Shown: positions 1 through 9,444 of the stretch, one piece after another | Layout: each line of letters opens with the position of its first letter | How positions within the stretch are numbered: position 1 is the first letter of the stretch | From: Trypanosoma brucei | Taxonomy: Eukaryota | DNA: 64,000 nt | NCBI GenBank assembly: GCA_000002445.1 | Contig: CP000071.1 | Location: forward strand, 2,304,001 to 2,368,000 | Direction of reading: 5' to 3' | Position numbers and translations under genes: made by a program | The notes under the pieces: model-generated | Told to the model about the DNA's origin: nothing | Database searches by the model: none | The model's input: only the letters and a program-made list of their open reading frames with translations

Positions 1-3000
1 GACTGGGTTTTATGTACCTGAAGGGCGTTTCTTTCGGCGATAAGGAGTATAAGCTGACACTTAAGGTAATGTCGATTATGGGCCGTAAATTGTGCGGTGT
101 TTTCGAATTAGACAGCTCTACTGATGGAAGGGCTTCTGATGATGATTTTGAGGCTGCATGGAAAAGGTTTGCTCCCACGATGCCACAAGGTGTAATTGTG
201 TTTGGTTCGCCAATTGAGGATACGAAGAGGTTCCTGTTGAAGTTTTTGGGGAGCAATGAATTGAGAGGTGCTTATATATTAATTCCTTCTATGCTTCAAT
301 ATGTTATTATAAACAGTTGGATGAAGGAGTTGGCCGTAAAGAATTTTGTGCCTGAGAGAGTGATACTGACGGGTCCGAGTCCACTTGCAAATGATAATGA
401 ATACATAGCAGTACGGAAGTTTCAGACTGATATGGAGAAGTACCTGGAAACAAATGGGAAACTTAATGGTCACAATTATGAAAAGGGTCACTTTTATGAT
501 CACAGTACTGACGGAGAATTGATGGTGCACGGATGGATTGTGGGCGAGGTCTTGTGGCGTACACTGGGAAGTCGTGAATCGCTGAAAAACCGTACAACTT
601 ACATGAACTCTCTGTACAACCAGCGTCGGTATGTTATCGATGATCTTGTGATTGGTGATTTTGGTGGTGAATGTGAGGGGAAGGCTGGTCAGCGTGGAGC
701 TGCATGCAAATGTAATCAAGGTGGAAATGTTGTTTACATGAAGAGGATGGGAACTGATCGGAATCTACATCCTGTGAAGGAGGGTGTAGTGACTCTCGCT
801 TCATCACGCTGCTATACGAATCTCTTACAACTGTATGCCCCATTGAATGGTATAATGTTTCGACTAGAAGACAATCCATTGGCGCAGCGGATTACAGAGG
901 AATATCGCGATGGCGCCTCCCTCGTTGTTGGAAAGGGCCAATTGGGTCAAGGTGATCGCTTCTTTTTGCATGAACTGAATTCGACATCGAGTGCGACAAA
1001 GCACAACATGTTAGAGGAGGTTAAAGAGCGTGTTGTGACGGCTGTGTTCGGTGTTGTGGATGATGCGCTACTGTCGATGACAGATATGACATTTATTGAT
1101 CCCATTCCTCTCAGTCCCAGGTTGAAACACCCCGGAAGGAATGCGTTGCATTTGTCTCCAACAATTGAGCAGCAGATTTTTGTAATGGTGGAGCGTGTTG
1201 TGGTTCCGAATTCCTGGGGGAGTGTGCATGCCATTGTTCGCAGTAGTGATGCACGTGGAATAAAATCTGTTCTTCGAAAGACTTTTTGGGCACTTGGTGG
1301 GTCGCTGGGTGCTTTCGACGAAGTTACCGACGGTGAAAGTGTGAAGAGTTTGTTGCCGCATAGCGGCTTCGTTCTCGTTATTGGTCTGACTGAAGCTGAT
1401 ATTACTGCAATTGCTGAGCATCTTGACAATCACAGGGAAGTGCGTGTATTTGCGTTATTCTTCGATGTGGCACTGCTGTACAGTGAGTTTGTGAAGGTAT
1501 TCAAAAAGCATCCGCAAGCTGCCGAGCGGTTACTATTCGCAACAAGCCTACCACACTGGGCAGACAACAATACGACATCCGAGACGGTTCAGGAATTTCA
1601 CAGGGACGTGGGGAATGAGAGTAAATGGACTCCACTGGCGCTACTTGGGTATGCGACTGCACGTGCAATGGAAAGTGTTGTGTTGCAAACGGGGCGTGTG
1701 AACTCAGAAGAGCTTATCAACACTATATTCAGTCAGTCTGTAATTGTAGCGGATGACATGTGGTATGGACCCTTTGAGGACAGTTGTTCCAATAGCCGCT
1801 GGTCATCAGCGAAAGACTGCATTGTGAATTACGGTGCGACACATATTTCCGTGTGGTCCATGGCTCGTGTGTTGAATCCTTCCGTACCTCCTGTTAGTGG
1901 AGTAGCAACACCATCAATACGTTACTACAAAGATGGATTGAATATGACTGAGGAAGAATTTATTGGCACAATTGTGGGTACCATTTTGTGTTTGATAGCA
2001 CTTGTGCTGATAGTAATGCTTATGCGGAAATGTATGCGTGGGGATACTCGCGATAACGAGAACGCACCAAGAGAATTGACAGACCCCGTAACGCTAATAT
2101 TCACTGACATCGAGAGCAGCACTGCGCAGTGGGCAGCACACCCTGAGCTTATGCCTGATGCCGTTGCAACACATCACCGCCTAATTCGCTCATTGATTTC
2201 CAAGTATGGATGCTATGAAGTGAAGACTGTTGGAGATTCTTTTATGATTGCATGCAAGAGCCCTTTCGCTGCTACGCAATTAGCGTGTGACATGCAACGA
2301 TGCTTTTTAGAACATGATTGGAAGACTGATGTGTTTGATACGTCTTATCGTGAGTTTGAGCGGCAGCGTGCGGAAGATGATGGGGATTATGTTCCACCCA
2401 CTGGCCATCTTGACCCTGATGTTTACAGTCGGTTGTGGAATGGACTGCGAGTGCGTGTTGGAATTCACACCGGGTTGTGTGATATTCGGCATGATGAAGT
2501 GACGAAAGGATATGACTTTTACGGTCGTACATCGAATATGGCAGCACGGACTGAGAGCATTGCTAATGGGGGGCAGGTGCTGTTGACACGTCCGACATAC
2601 CTTTCATTGAGTACTTCGGAGCGTGAGCAATTAAATGTGACTGCATTGGGTGATGTGCCATTGCGTGGTGTACCCAAACCTGTGGAGATGTACCAATTGA
2701 ATGCGGTACCCGGAAGGACATTTACTACACTGCGACTTGACCATGAGGTTGCTGATGACGAAGATACGAGTGTTTCTTGCAGTGATGGGAGTTCCATTGG
2801 TGCAGTTCTCAGTGATGCCGCTCAACAGGTTGTTGCTTGCGTTGAAGCACTACTTGGTGCATTCCCTACTGCGCAGCATAAGAAATTACTTATGCCATTT
2901 TGTAACCGATGGGGAGTTTCGTTACCTTATAATGTTTCTGATACGTGGGATGCAACCACGTGCCGTAATGTTACTCGCCTGCTTGCCGCGAGGGTTGGTC

Positions 3001-3206
3001 GTGTTGTGGATTTTGGGACGAAGAATACTCATGACAGTGTACAATTCTCTGAAAGACGCTCGGGAACTTTTCCGTCCAGGTTAGCTGCCGCTGTTGATCT
3101 CGTAAGCATCCCTTCAACTTCTACCTGTATTCAATCCAGCTGCAGTATTATATATATGAATGTGCCAGATGATGATGATACCAGCAAATATTCCCCTAAG
3201 CATTGA
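1..3206 (+). CDS. GRESAG4: Receptor-type adenylate cyclase (ESAG4/GRESAG4 family), copy 1. The 5' end lies outside the window and the stop is at 3204-3206. It has the ectodomain, a TM helix (FIGTIVGTILCLIALVLIVMLM) and a class III cyclase domain (LIFTDIESST...YEVKTVGDSFMIACKS...RVGIHTGL...GRTSNMAARTES).
   Basis: The ORF 12..3206 aligns colinearly with aa ~235-1267 of the full copies downstream. The frame is open from position 1. The cyclase catalytic motifs are intact. The tail variant ...SGTFPSRLAAAVDLVSIPSTSTCIQSSCSIIYMNVPDDDDTSKYSPKH is specific to this copy. Confidence 0.9.
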   Translation, partial: LGFMYLKGVSFGDKEYKLTLKVMSIMGRKLCGVFELDSSTDGRASDDDFEAAWKRFAPTMPQGVIVFGSPIEDTKRFLLKFLGSNELRGAYILIPSMLQYVIINSWMKELAVKNFVPERVILTGPSPLANDNEYIAVRKFQTDMEKYLETNGKLNGHNYEKGHFYDHSTDGELMVHGWIVGEVLWRTLGSRESLKNRTTYMNSLYNQRRYVIDDLVIGDFGGECEGKAGQRGAACKCNQGGNVVYMKRMGTDRNLHPVKEGVVTLASSRCYTNLLQLYAPLNGIMFRLEDNPLAQRITEEYRDGASLVVGKGQLGQGDRFFLHELNSTSSATKHNMLEEVKERVVTAVFGVVDDALLSMTDMTFIDPIPLSPRLKHPGRNALHLSPTIEQQIFVMVERVVVPNSWGSVHAIVRSSDARGIKSVLRKTFWALGGSLGAFDEVTDGESVKSLLPHSGFVLVIGLTEADITAIAEHLDNHREVRVFALFFDVALLYSEFVKVFKKHPQAAERLLFATSLPHWADNNTTSETVQEFHRDVGNESKWTPLALLGYATARAMESVVLQTGRVNSEELINTIFSQSVIVADDMWYGPFEDSCSNSRWSSAKDCIVNYGATHISVWSMARVLNPSVPPVSGVATPSIRYYKDGLNMTEEEFIGTIVGTILCLIALVLIVMLMRKCMRGDTRDNENAPRELTDPVTLIFTDIESSTAQWAAHPELMPDAVATHHRLIRSLISKYGCYEVKTVGDSFMIACKSPFAATQLACDMQRCFLEHDWKTDVFDTSYREFERQRAEDDGDYVPPTGHLDPDVYSRLWNGLRVRVGIHTGLCDIRHDEVTKGYDFYGRTSNMAARTESIANGGQVLLTRPTYLSLSTSEREQLNVTALGDVPLRGVPKPVEMYQLNAVPGRTFTTLRLDHEVADDEDTSVSCSDGSSIGAVLSDAAQQVVACVEALLGAFPTAQHKKLLMPFCNRWGVSLPYNVSDTWDATTCRNVTRLLAARVGRVVDFGTKNTHDSVQFSERRSGTFPSRLAAAVDLVSIPSTSTCIQSSCSIIYMNVPDDDDTSKYSPKH

Positions 3207-3967
3207 AATATGTGTCCATTATTGCCAGAATAATTGGATAAGGTTCAATGAAAGATCTGTGCATGTTTCTTGTTCGATATTGGATGTTTTCGATAATATT
3301 CTTTTTAGGTTATATTTTCCACTTCTATGTATACACGGTATCCTCCTCACATGTTGGGTGCTTTCCATATTCGTGTGTTCCGCTTAGCTAGTGATTAAAG
3401 CACTTATTGAAGCAAACCCACTTTTCGTTTGTTGTTATAAAGTGGGGGATGTACTTATTTTCTCCATACTCTCACTGTGTGAAGCGTTATTTTTCTTGTT
3501 TCCCACTTCCGGTGAGCGGGTGTCAGGCAAAATGCACTGACCTCCTATATTAATGAAAATCGATGCATTCCCGTGCTGGACAGATAAGCCATCGTATTAT
3601 TAACTTCTAATGTTGCTGTTGGTACAACATATCAGTGTTGTTCACTTTGCTTTCCTTTACTATTATGTTGAAATGGTTTATTGTTTTTTTCTTTTTGTGT
3701 GCATATATCTGTATATGTGTTTCGATATACCGTCACCACTCTACCACGTTGATGGATTGGGGAATGGCTACTGATTGATTAATGCATGGTTTTTTGTCAC
3801 TTTAATAACAACATTGTATTCCATGATGGCTTTCAGCAACTGACCCTTGTGTACAATTTCCTGTTTATTTCCCTCTACTGACACAAATCTTTTTTACTAA
3901 TATCTTTTCCTTCTTTTATCACTTTCCAGGACTTGACAAGCCAAATATGTGAGGCTGGCTATTGCAT
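3207..3967. repeat. Intergenic 3'-flank element A, variant A1. It is repeated again at 4465..5225.
   Basis: It is near-identical to 4465..5225 (same strings, e.g. gtgggggatgtacttattttctccatactctcactgtgtgaagcg...ccggtgagcgggtgtcagg). Its 3' ~450 bp is shared with all other inter-cyclase spacers. It ends in a polypyrimidine tract followed by ...ctttccag. Confidence 0.75.
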
Positions 3968-4464
3968 TTGGAAGGACATTTGCTACACTGCGACTTAACC
4001 ATGAGGTTGCTGATGACGAAGATACGAGTGTTTCTTGCAGTGATGGGAGTTCCATTGGTGCAGTTCTCAGTGATGCCGCTCATCAGGCCGTTGCTTTTAT
4101 TGAAGCACTACTTGGTGCATTCCCTACTGCGCAGCATAAGAAATTACTTATGCCATTTTGTAACCGATGGGGAGTTTCGGCGCCTTATAATGTTTCTGAT
4201 ACGTGGGATGCAACCACGTGCCGTAATGTTACTCGCCTGCTTGCCGCGAGGGTTGGTCGTGTTGTGGATTTTGGGACGAAGAATACTCATGACAGTGTAC
4301 AATCCTTTGATAGACGCTCGGGAACTTTTCCGTCCAGGTTAGCTGCCGCTGTTGATCTCGTAAGCATCCCTTCAACTTCTACCTGTATTCAATCCAGCTG
4401 CAGTATTATATATATGAATGTGCCAGATGATGATGATACCAGCAAATATTCCCCTAAGCATTGA
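3968..4464 (+). pseudogene. Orphan cyclase 3'-tail remnant (F/T hybrid). The 5' part is F-type (LNHEVADDED...AAHQAVAFIEALL) and the 3' part is identical in type to the copy-1 tail, ending ...IIYMNVPDDDDTSKYSPKH*.
   Basis: ORF 3949..4464 (GTG-initiated in the track) encodes only the last ~170 aa of the cyclase. It is preceded by spacer rather than by the cyclase body. Its downstream flank duplicates the copy-1 flank. Confidence 0.75.
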
Positions 4465-5225
4465 AATATGTGTCCATTATTGCCAGAATAATTGGATAAG
4501 GTTCAATACATGATCTGTGCATGTTTCTTTTTCGATATTGGATGTTTTCGATAATATTCTTTTTAGGTTATATTTTTCACTTCTATGTATACACGGTATC
4601 CTCCTCACATGTTGGGTGCTTTCCATATTCGTGTGTTCCGCCTAGCTAGTGATTAAAGCACTTATTGAAGCAAACCCACTTTTCGTTTGTTGTTATAAAG
4701 TGGGGGATGTACTTATTTTCTCCATACTCTCACTGTGTGAAGCGTTATTTTTCTTGTTTCCCACTTCCGGTGAGCGGGTGTCAGGAAAAATGCACTGACC
4801 TCCTATATTAATGAAAATCGATGCATTCCCGTGCTGGACAGATAAGCCATCGTATTATTAACTTCTAATGTTGCTGTTGGTACAACATATCAGTGTTGTT
4901 CACTTTGCTTTCCTTTACTATTATGTTGAAATGGTTTATTGTTTTTTTCTTTTTGTGTGCATATATCTGTATATGTGTTTCGATATACCGTCACCACTCT
5001 ACCACGTTGATGGATTGGGGAATGGCTACTGATTGATTAATGCATGGTTTTTTGTCACTTTAATAACAACATTGTATTCCATGATGGCTTTCAGCAACTG
5101 ACCCTTGTGTACAATTTCCTGTTTATTTCCCTCTACTGACACAAATCTTTTTTACTAATATCTTTTCCTTCTTTTATCACTTTCCAGGACTTGACAAGCC
5201 AAATATGTGAGACTGGCTATTGCAT
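4465..5225. repeat. Second copy of the intergenic element A1.
   Basis: The sequence is colinear and near-identical with 3207..3967. Confidence 0.75.
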
Positions 5226-5491
5226 TTGGAAGGACATTTGCTACACTGCGACTTAACCATGAGGTTGCTGATGACGAAGATACGAGTGTTTCTTGCAGTG
5301 ATGGGAGTTCCATTGGTGCAGTTCTCAGTGATGCCGCTTATCAGGCCGTTGCTTTTATTGAAGCACTACTTGGTGCATTCCCTACTGCGCAGCGTAAGAA
5401 ATTACTTATGCCATTTTGTAACCGATGGGGAGTTTCGGCGCCTCGTAATGTTTCTGATACGTGGGATGCAACCACGTGCCGTAATGTTACA
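5226..5491 (+). pseudogene. F fragment. This is an orphan ~266-bp copy of the cyclase 3'-tail coding region (homologous to ~8922..9188 of the next gene). It diverges after ...TTCRNVT into VTCV* and abuts the trans-splice region of copy 2.
   Basis: ORF 5207..5506 translates to RTFATLRLNHEVADDEDTSVSCSDGSS...NVSDTWDATTCRNVTVTCV*. The same fragment recurs before every array copy. Confidence 0.75.
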
Positions 5492-5506
5492 GTCACTTGT
5501 GTGTAA

Positions 5507-5640
5507 TTGAATTTCAACTGCACTCTCTTCTGCTCCCTTTCGTGCCCTTACTTTATTGTTGTCTATTATCATTATTATTATTATTCTCTCATTTCTCTCC
5601 TTTAAGACTTACGAATTCCTCAAGTCAAGTCACCAGTGTT
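5507..5640 (+). promoter_or_regulatory. Polypyrimidine tract (ctctcttctgctccctttcgtgccc...tctctcatttctctcctttaag) with AG dinucleotides. This is a putative spliced-leader trans-splice acceptor region and 5' UTR of cyclase copy 2.
   Basis: A pyrimidine run is followed by AG ~35-40 nt upstream of the first in-frame ATG. This is the kinetoplastid trans-splicing architecture (established knowledge). The exact acceptor is not determinable from sequence. Confidence 0.5.
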
Positions 5641-8600
5641 ATGGCTTCCTTCATGCGTCTTGTTACTCCACTTGGCGCTGCAGTGGCTTGCAGTCATCTC
5701 CTCATGGTTGTGTTACCGCTGCTGTTACTTATTCCTGGTTTATGTGCTGATAAAGACTGTAACAGTAGCAGTGTAACGGTGAGGGTGTATAATTTGTTGT
5801 ACAGCTCTAAGATATCAAGTAAAATCTATGAACCCGTCATTGCTGGTTTCAATGCCTCGCTACATGCGCATAATGATGATTTGCCGGCAAATGTGTGCAT
5901 AGAGGTCGAACATGTTCATGCCAGAAGCGATGAGGATTACGTCTCATATTTAAAGGATAAAATTGATGGAGATGCTGCTGTACATAATAAGAGTGAACTG
6001 CCCATTGTGCTGGGACCTGTTGGTGATGTGACTACTCTCCATCTCACCAGGGAACTTGAGAAGTTTGAAATAGTGGCCTTTTCTCCCTTTACTGGATCTT
6101 CGGATGTGCGTGTGTGGAAAAAGAATCTGTACTTCCTTACGGCATCGCCTGTTGCAGAGGTGCTTGCACTAATTCGTTACGCTGTGAGTCAATTGAGGTT
6201 TCAGCGACTGGGTTTTATGTACCTGAAGGGTGTGTTTTATGGCGATAAGGAGTATAAGCTGACACTTAAGGTAATGTCGATTATGGGCCGTAAATTGTGC
6301 GGTGTTTTCGAATTAGACAGCTCTACTGATGGAAGGGCTTCTGATGATGATTTTGAGGCTGCATGGAAAAGGTTTGCTCCCACGATGCCACAAGGTGTAA
6401 TTGTGTTTGGTTCGCCAATTGAGGATACGAAGAGGTTCCTGATGAAGTTTTTAGGGAGCAATGAATTGAGAGGTGCTTATATATTAATTCCTTCCATGCT
6501 TCAATATGTTATCAAAAACAGTTGGGTGAAGGAGTTGGCCGTAAAGAATTTTGTGCCTGAGAGAGTGATACTGACGGGTCCGAGTCCACTTGCAAATGAT
6601 AATGAATACATAGCGGTACGGAAGTTTCAGCCTGTTATGGAGAAGTACCTGGAAAAAAATGGGAAACTTAATGGTCACAATTATGAAAAGGGTCACTTTT
6701 ACCAGCACAGTACTGACGGAGAATTGATGCTGCACGGATGGATCACAGGCGAGGTCTTGTGGCGTACACTGGGAAGTCGTGAATTACTGAAAAACCGTAC
6801 AACTTACATGAACTCTCTGTACAACCAGCGTCGGTATGTTATCGATGATCTTGTGATTGGTGATTTTGGTGGTGAATGTGAGGGGAAGGCTGGTCAGCGT
6901 GGAGCTGCATGCAAATGTAATCAAGGTGGAAATGTTGTTTACATGAAGAGGATGGGAACTGATCGGAATCTACATCCTGTGAAGGAGGGTGTAGTGACTC
7001 TCGCTTCATCACGCTGCTATACGAATCTCTTACAACTGTATGCCCCATTGAATGGTATAATGTTTCGACTAGAAGACAATCCATTGGCGCAGCGGATTAC
7101 AGAGGAATATCGCGATGGCGCCTCCCCCGTTGTTGGAAAGGGCCAATTGGGTCAAGGTGATCGCTTATTTTTGCATGAACTGAATTCGACATCGAGTGCG
7201 ACAAAGCACAACATGTTAGAGGAGGTTAAAGAGCGTGTTGTGACGGCCGTGTTCGGTGTTGTGGATGACGCGCTACTGTCGATGACAGATATGACATTTA
7301 TTGATCCCATTCCTCTCAGTCCCAGGTTGAAACACCCCGGAAGGAATGTGTTGCATTTGTCTCCAACAATTGAACAGCAGATTTTTGTAATGGTGGAGCG
7401 TGTTGTGGTTCCGAATTCCTGGGGGAGTGTGCATGCCATTGTTCGCAGTAGTGATGCACGTGGAATAAAATCTGTTCTTCGAAAGACTTTTTGGGCACTT
7501 GGTGGGTCGCTGGGTGCTTTCGACGAAGTTACCGACAGTGAAAGTGTGAAGAGTTTGTTACCGAATAGCGGCTTCGTTCTCGTTATTGGTCTAACTGAAG
7601 CTGATATTACTGCAATTGCTGAGCATCTTGACAATCACAGGGAAGTGCGTGTATTTGTGTTATTCTTCGATGTGGCACTGCTGTACAGTGAGTTTGTGAA
7701 GGTATTCAAAAAGCATCCGCAAGCTGCCGAGCGGTTACTATTCGCAACAAGCCTACCACACTGGGCAGACAACAATACGACATCCGAGACGGTTCAGGAG
7801 TTTCACAGGGACGTGGGGAATGAGAGTAAATGGACTCCACTGGCGCTGCTTGGGTATGCGACTGCACGTGCAATGGAAAGTGTTGTGTTGCAAATGGGGC
7901 GTGTGAACTCAGAAGAGCTTATCAACACTATATTCAGTCAGTCTGTAATTGTAGCGGATGACATGTGGTATGGACCCTTTGAGGACAGTTGTTCCAATAG
8001 CCGCTGGTCATCAGCGAAAGACTGCATTGTGAATTACGGTGCGACACATATTTCCGTGTGGTCCATGGCTCGTGTGTTGAATCCTTCCGTACCTCCTGTT
8101 AGTGGAGTAGCAGCACCATCAATACGTTACTACAAAGATGGATTGAATATGACTGAGGAAGAATTTATTGGCACAATTGTGGGTACCATTTTGTGTTTGA
8201 TAGCACTTGTGCTGATAGTAATGCTTATGCGGAAATGTATGCGTGGGGATACTCGCGATAACGAGAACGCACCAAAAGAATTGACAGACCCCGTAACGCT
8301 AATATTCACTGACATCGAGAGCAGCACTGCGCAGTGGGCAGCACACCCTGAGCTTATGCCTGATGCCGTTGCAACACATCACCGCCTAATTCGCACATTG
8401 ATTTCCAAGTATGGATGCTATGAAGTGAAGACTGTTGGAGATTCTTTTATGATTGCATGCAAGAGCCCTTTCGCTGCTACGCAATTAGCGTGTGACCTGC
8501 AGCGGTGCTTTTTAGAACATGATTGGAAGACTGATGTGTTTGATACGTCTTATCGTGAGTTTGAGCGGCAGCGTGCGGAAGATGATGGGGATTATGTTCC

Positions 8601-9444
8601 ACCCACTGGCCATCTTGACCCTGATGTTTACAGTCGGTTGTGGAATGGACTGCGAGTGCGTGTTGGAATTCACACCGGGTTGTGTGATATTCGGCATGAT
8701 GAAGTGACGAAAGGATATGACTTTTACGGTCGTACATCGAATATGGCAGCACGGACTGAGAGCATTGCTAATGGCGGGCAGGTGCTGTTGACACGTTCGA
8801 CATACCTTTCATTGAGTACTTCGGAGCGTGAGCAATTAAATGTGACTGCATTGGGTGATGTGCCATTGCGTGGTGTACCCAAACCTGTGGAGATGTACCA
8901 ATTGAATGCGGTACCCGGAAGGACATTTACTACACTGCGACTTGACCATGAGGTTGCTGATGACGAAGATACGAGTGTTTCTTGCAGTGATGGGAGTTCC
9001 ATTGGTGCAGTTCTCAGTGATGCCGCTCATCAGGCCGTTGCTTTTATTGAAGCACTACTTGGTGCATTCCCTACTGCGCAGCATAAGAAATTACTTATGC
9101 CATTTTGTAACCGATGGGGAGTTTCGTTACCTTATAATGTTTCTGATACGTGGGATGCAACCACGTGCCGTAATGTTACTCGCCTGCTTGCCGCGAGGGT
9201 TGGTCGTGTTGTGGATTTTGGGACGAAGAATACTCATGACAGTGTACAATCCTTTGATAGACGCTCGGGAACTTTCCCACCTGGATTGGTTGCCTCTGTT
9301 CCTGAGGAGGGTAGTTTAGCTTCAACTTCTACCTGTATTCAATCCAGCTGCAGTGTTGTGTACATGATGAATGGGCCAGATGATGATGATACCAGCAAAT
9401 GTTCCCCTAAGCATTGCAATATGCGTCCGTTATTGCCAGAATAA
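5641..9444 (+). CDS. GRESAG4: Receptor-type adenylate cyclase, copy 2 (1267 aa). It has a signal peptide (MASFMRLVTPLGAAVACSHLLMVVLPLLLLIPGLCA), an ectodomain, a TM helix and a class III cyclase domain.
   Basis: The long ORF 5497..9444 (track start is TTG). The first in-frame ATG is at 5641, directly followed by a hydrophobic signal sequence. The catalytic motifs are complete. Confidence 0.9.
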   Translation: MASFMRLVTPLGAAVACSHLLMVVLPLLLLIPGLCADKDCNSSSVTVRVYNLLYSSKISSKIYEPVIAGFNASLHAHNDDLPANVCIEVEHVHARSDEDYVSYLKDKIDGDAAVHNKSELPIVLGPVGDVTTLHLTRELEKFEIVAFSPFTGSSDVRVWKKNLYFLTASPVAEVLALIRYAVSQLRFQRLGFMYLKGVFYGDKEYKLTLKVMSIMGRKLCGVFELDSSTDGRASDDDFEAAWKRFAPTMPQGVIVFGSPIEDTKRFLMKFLGSNELRGAYILIPSMLQYVIKNSWVKELAVKNFVPERVILTGPSPLANDNEYIAVRKFQPVMEKYLEKNGKLNGHNYEKGHFYQHSTDGELMLHGWITGEVLWRTLGSRELLKNRTTYMNSLYNQRRYVIDDLVIGDFGGECEGKAGQRGAACKCNQGGNVVYMKRMGTDRNLHPVKEGVVTLASSRCYTNLLQLYAPLNGIMFRLEDNPLAQRITEEYRDGASPVVGKGQLGQGDRLFLHELNSTSSATKHNMLEEVKERVVTAVFGVVDDALLSMTDMTFIDPIPLSPRLKHPGRNVLHLSPTIEQQIFVMVERVVVPNSWGSVHAIVRSSDARGIKSVLRKTFWALGGSLGAFDEVTDSESVKSLLPNSGFVLVIGLTEADITAIAEHLDNHREVRVFVLFFDVALLYSEFVKVFKKHPQAAERLLFATSLPHWADNNTTSETVQEFHRDVGNESKWTPLALLGYATARAMESVVLQMGRVNSEELINTIFSQSVIVADDMWYGPFEDSCSNSRWSSAKDCIVNYGATHISVWSMARVLNPSVPPVSGVAAPSIRYYKDGLNMTEEEFIGTIVGTILCLIALVLIVMLMRKCMRGDTRDNENAPKELTDPVTLIFTDIESSTAQWAAHPELMPDAVATHHRLIRTLISKYGCYEVKTVGDSFMIACKSPFAATQLACDLQRCFLEHDWKTDVFDTSYREFERQRAEDDGDYVPPTGHLDPDVYSRLWNGLRVRVGIHTGLCDIRHDEVTKGYDFYGRTSNMAARTESIANGGQVLLTRSTYLSLSTSEREQLNVTALGDVPLRGVPKPVEMYQLNAVPGRTFTTLRLDHEVADDEDTSVSCSDGSSIGAVLSDAAHQAVAFIEALLGAFPTAQHKKLLMPFCNRWGVSLPYNVSDTWDATTCRNVTRLLAARVGRVVDFGTKNTHDSVQSFDRRSGTFPPGLVASVPEEGSLASTSTCIQSSCSVVYMMNGPDDDDTSKCSPKHCNMRPLLPE

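Noticed and set aside
947-1429. Recurrent 160-aa antisense ORF (also at 7152..7634, 17096..17578, 20785..21267, 25752..26234 and 30710..31192), plus many other 60-100-aa minus-strand and off-frame ORFs inside the cyclase copies.
   Set aside because: They recur only because the cyclase gene itself is repeated. They lie entirely within, and antisense or out of frame to, a strongly supported 3.8-kb CDS. No motif or independent signal supports them.
5497-5640. ORF-track N-terminal extensions MCVIEFQLHSLLLPFVPLLYCC... upstream of each cyclase signal peptide.
   Set aside because: The track initiates at TTG or GTG (e.g. ttg at 5497, gtg at 3949 and 40964, ttg at 34105). In a eukaryote the first in-frame ATG (MASFMRL, followed by a canonical signal peptide) is the credible start. 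The extension overlaps the polypyrimidine/trans-splice region.
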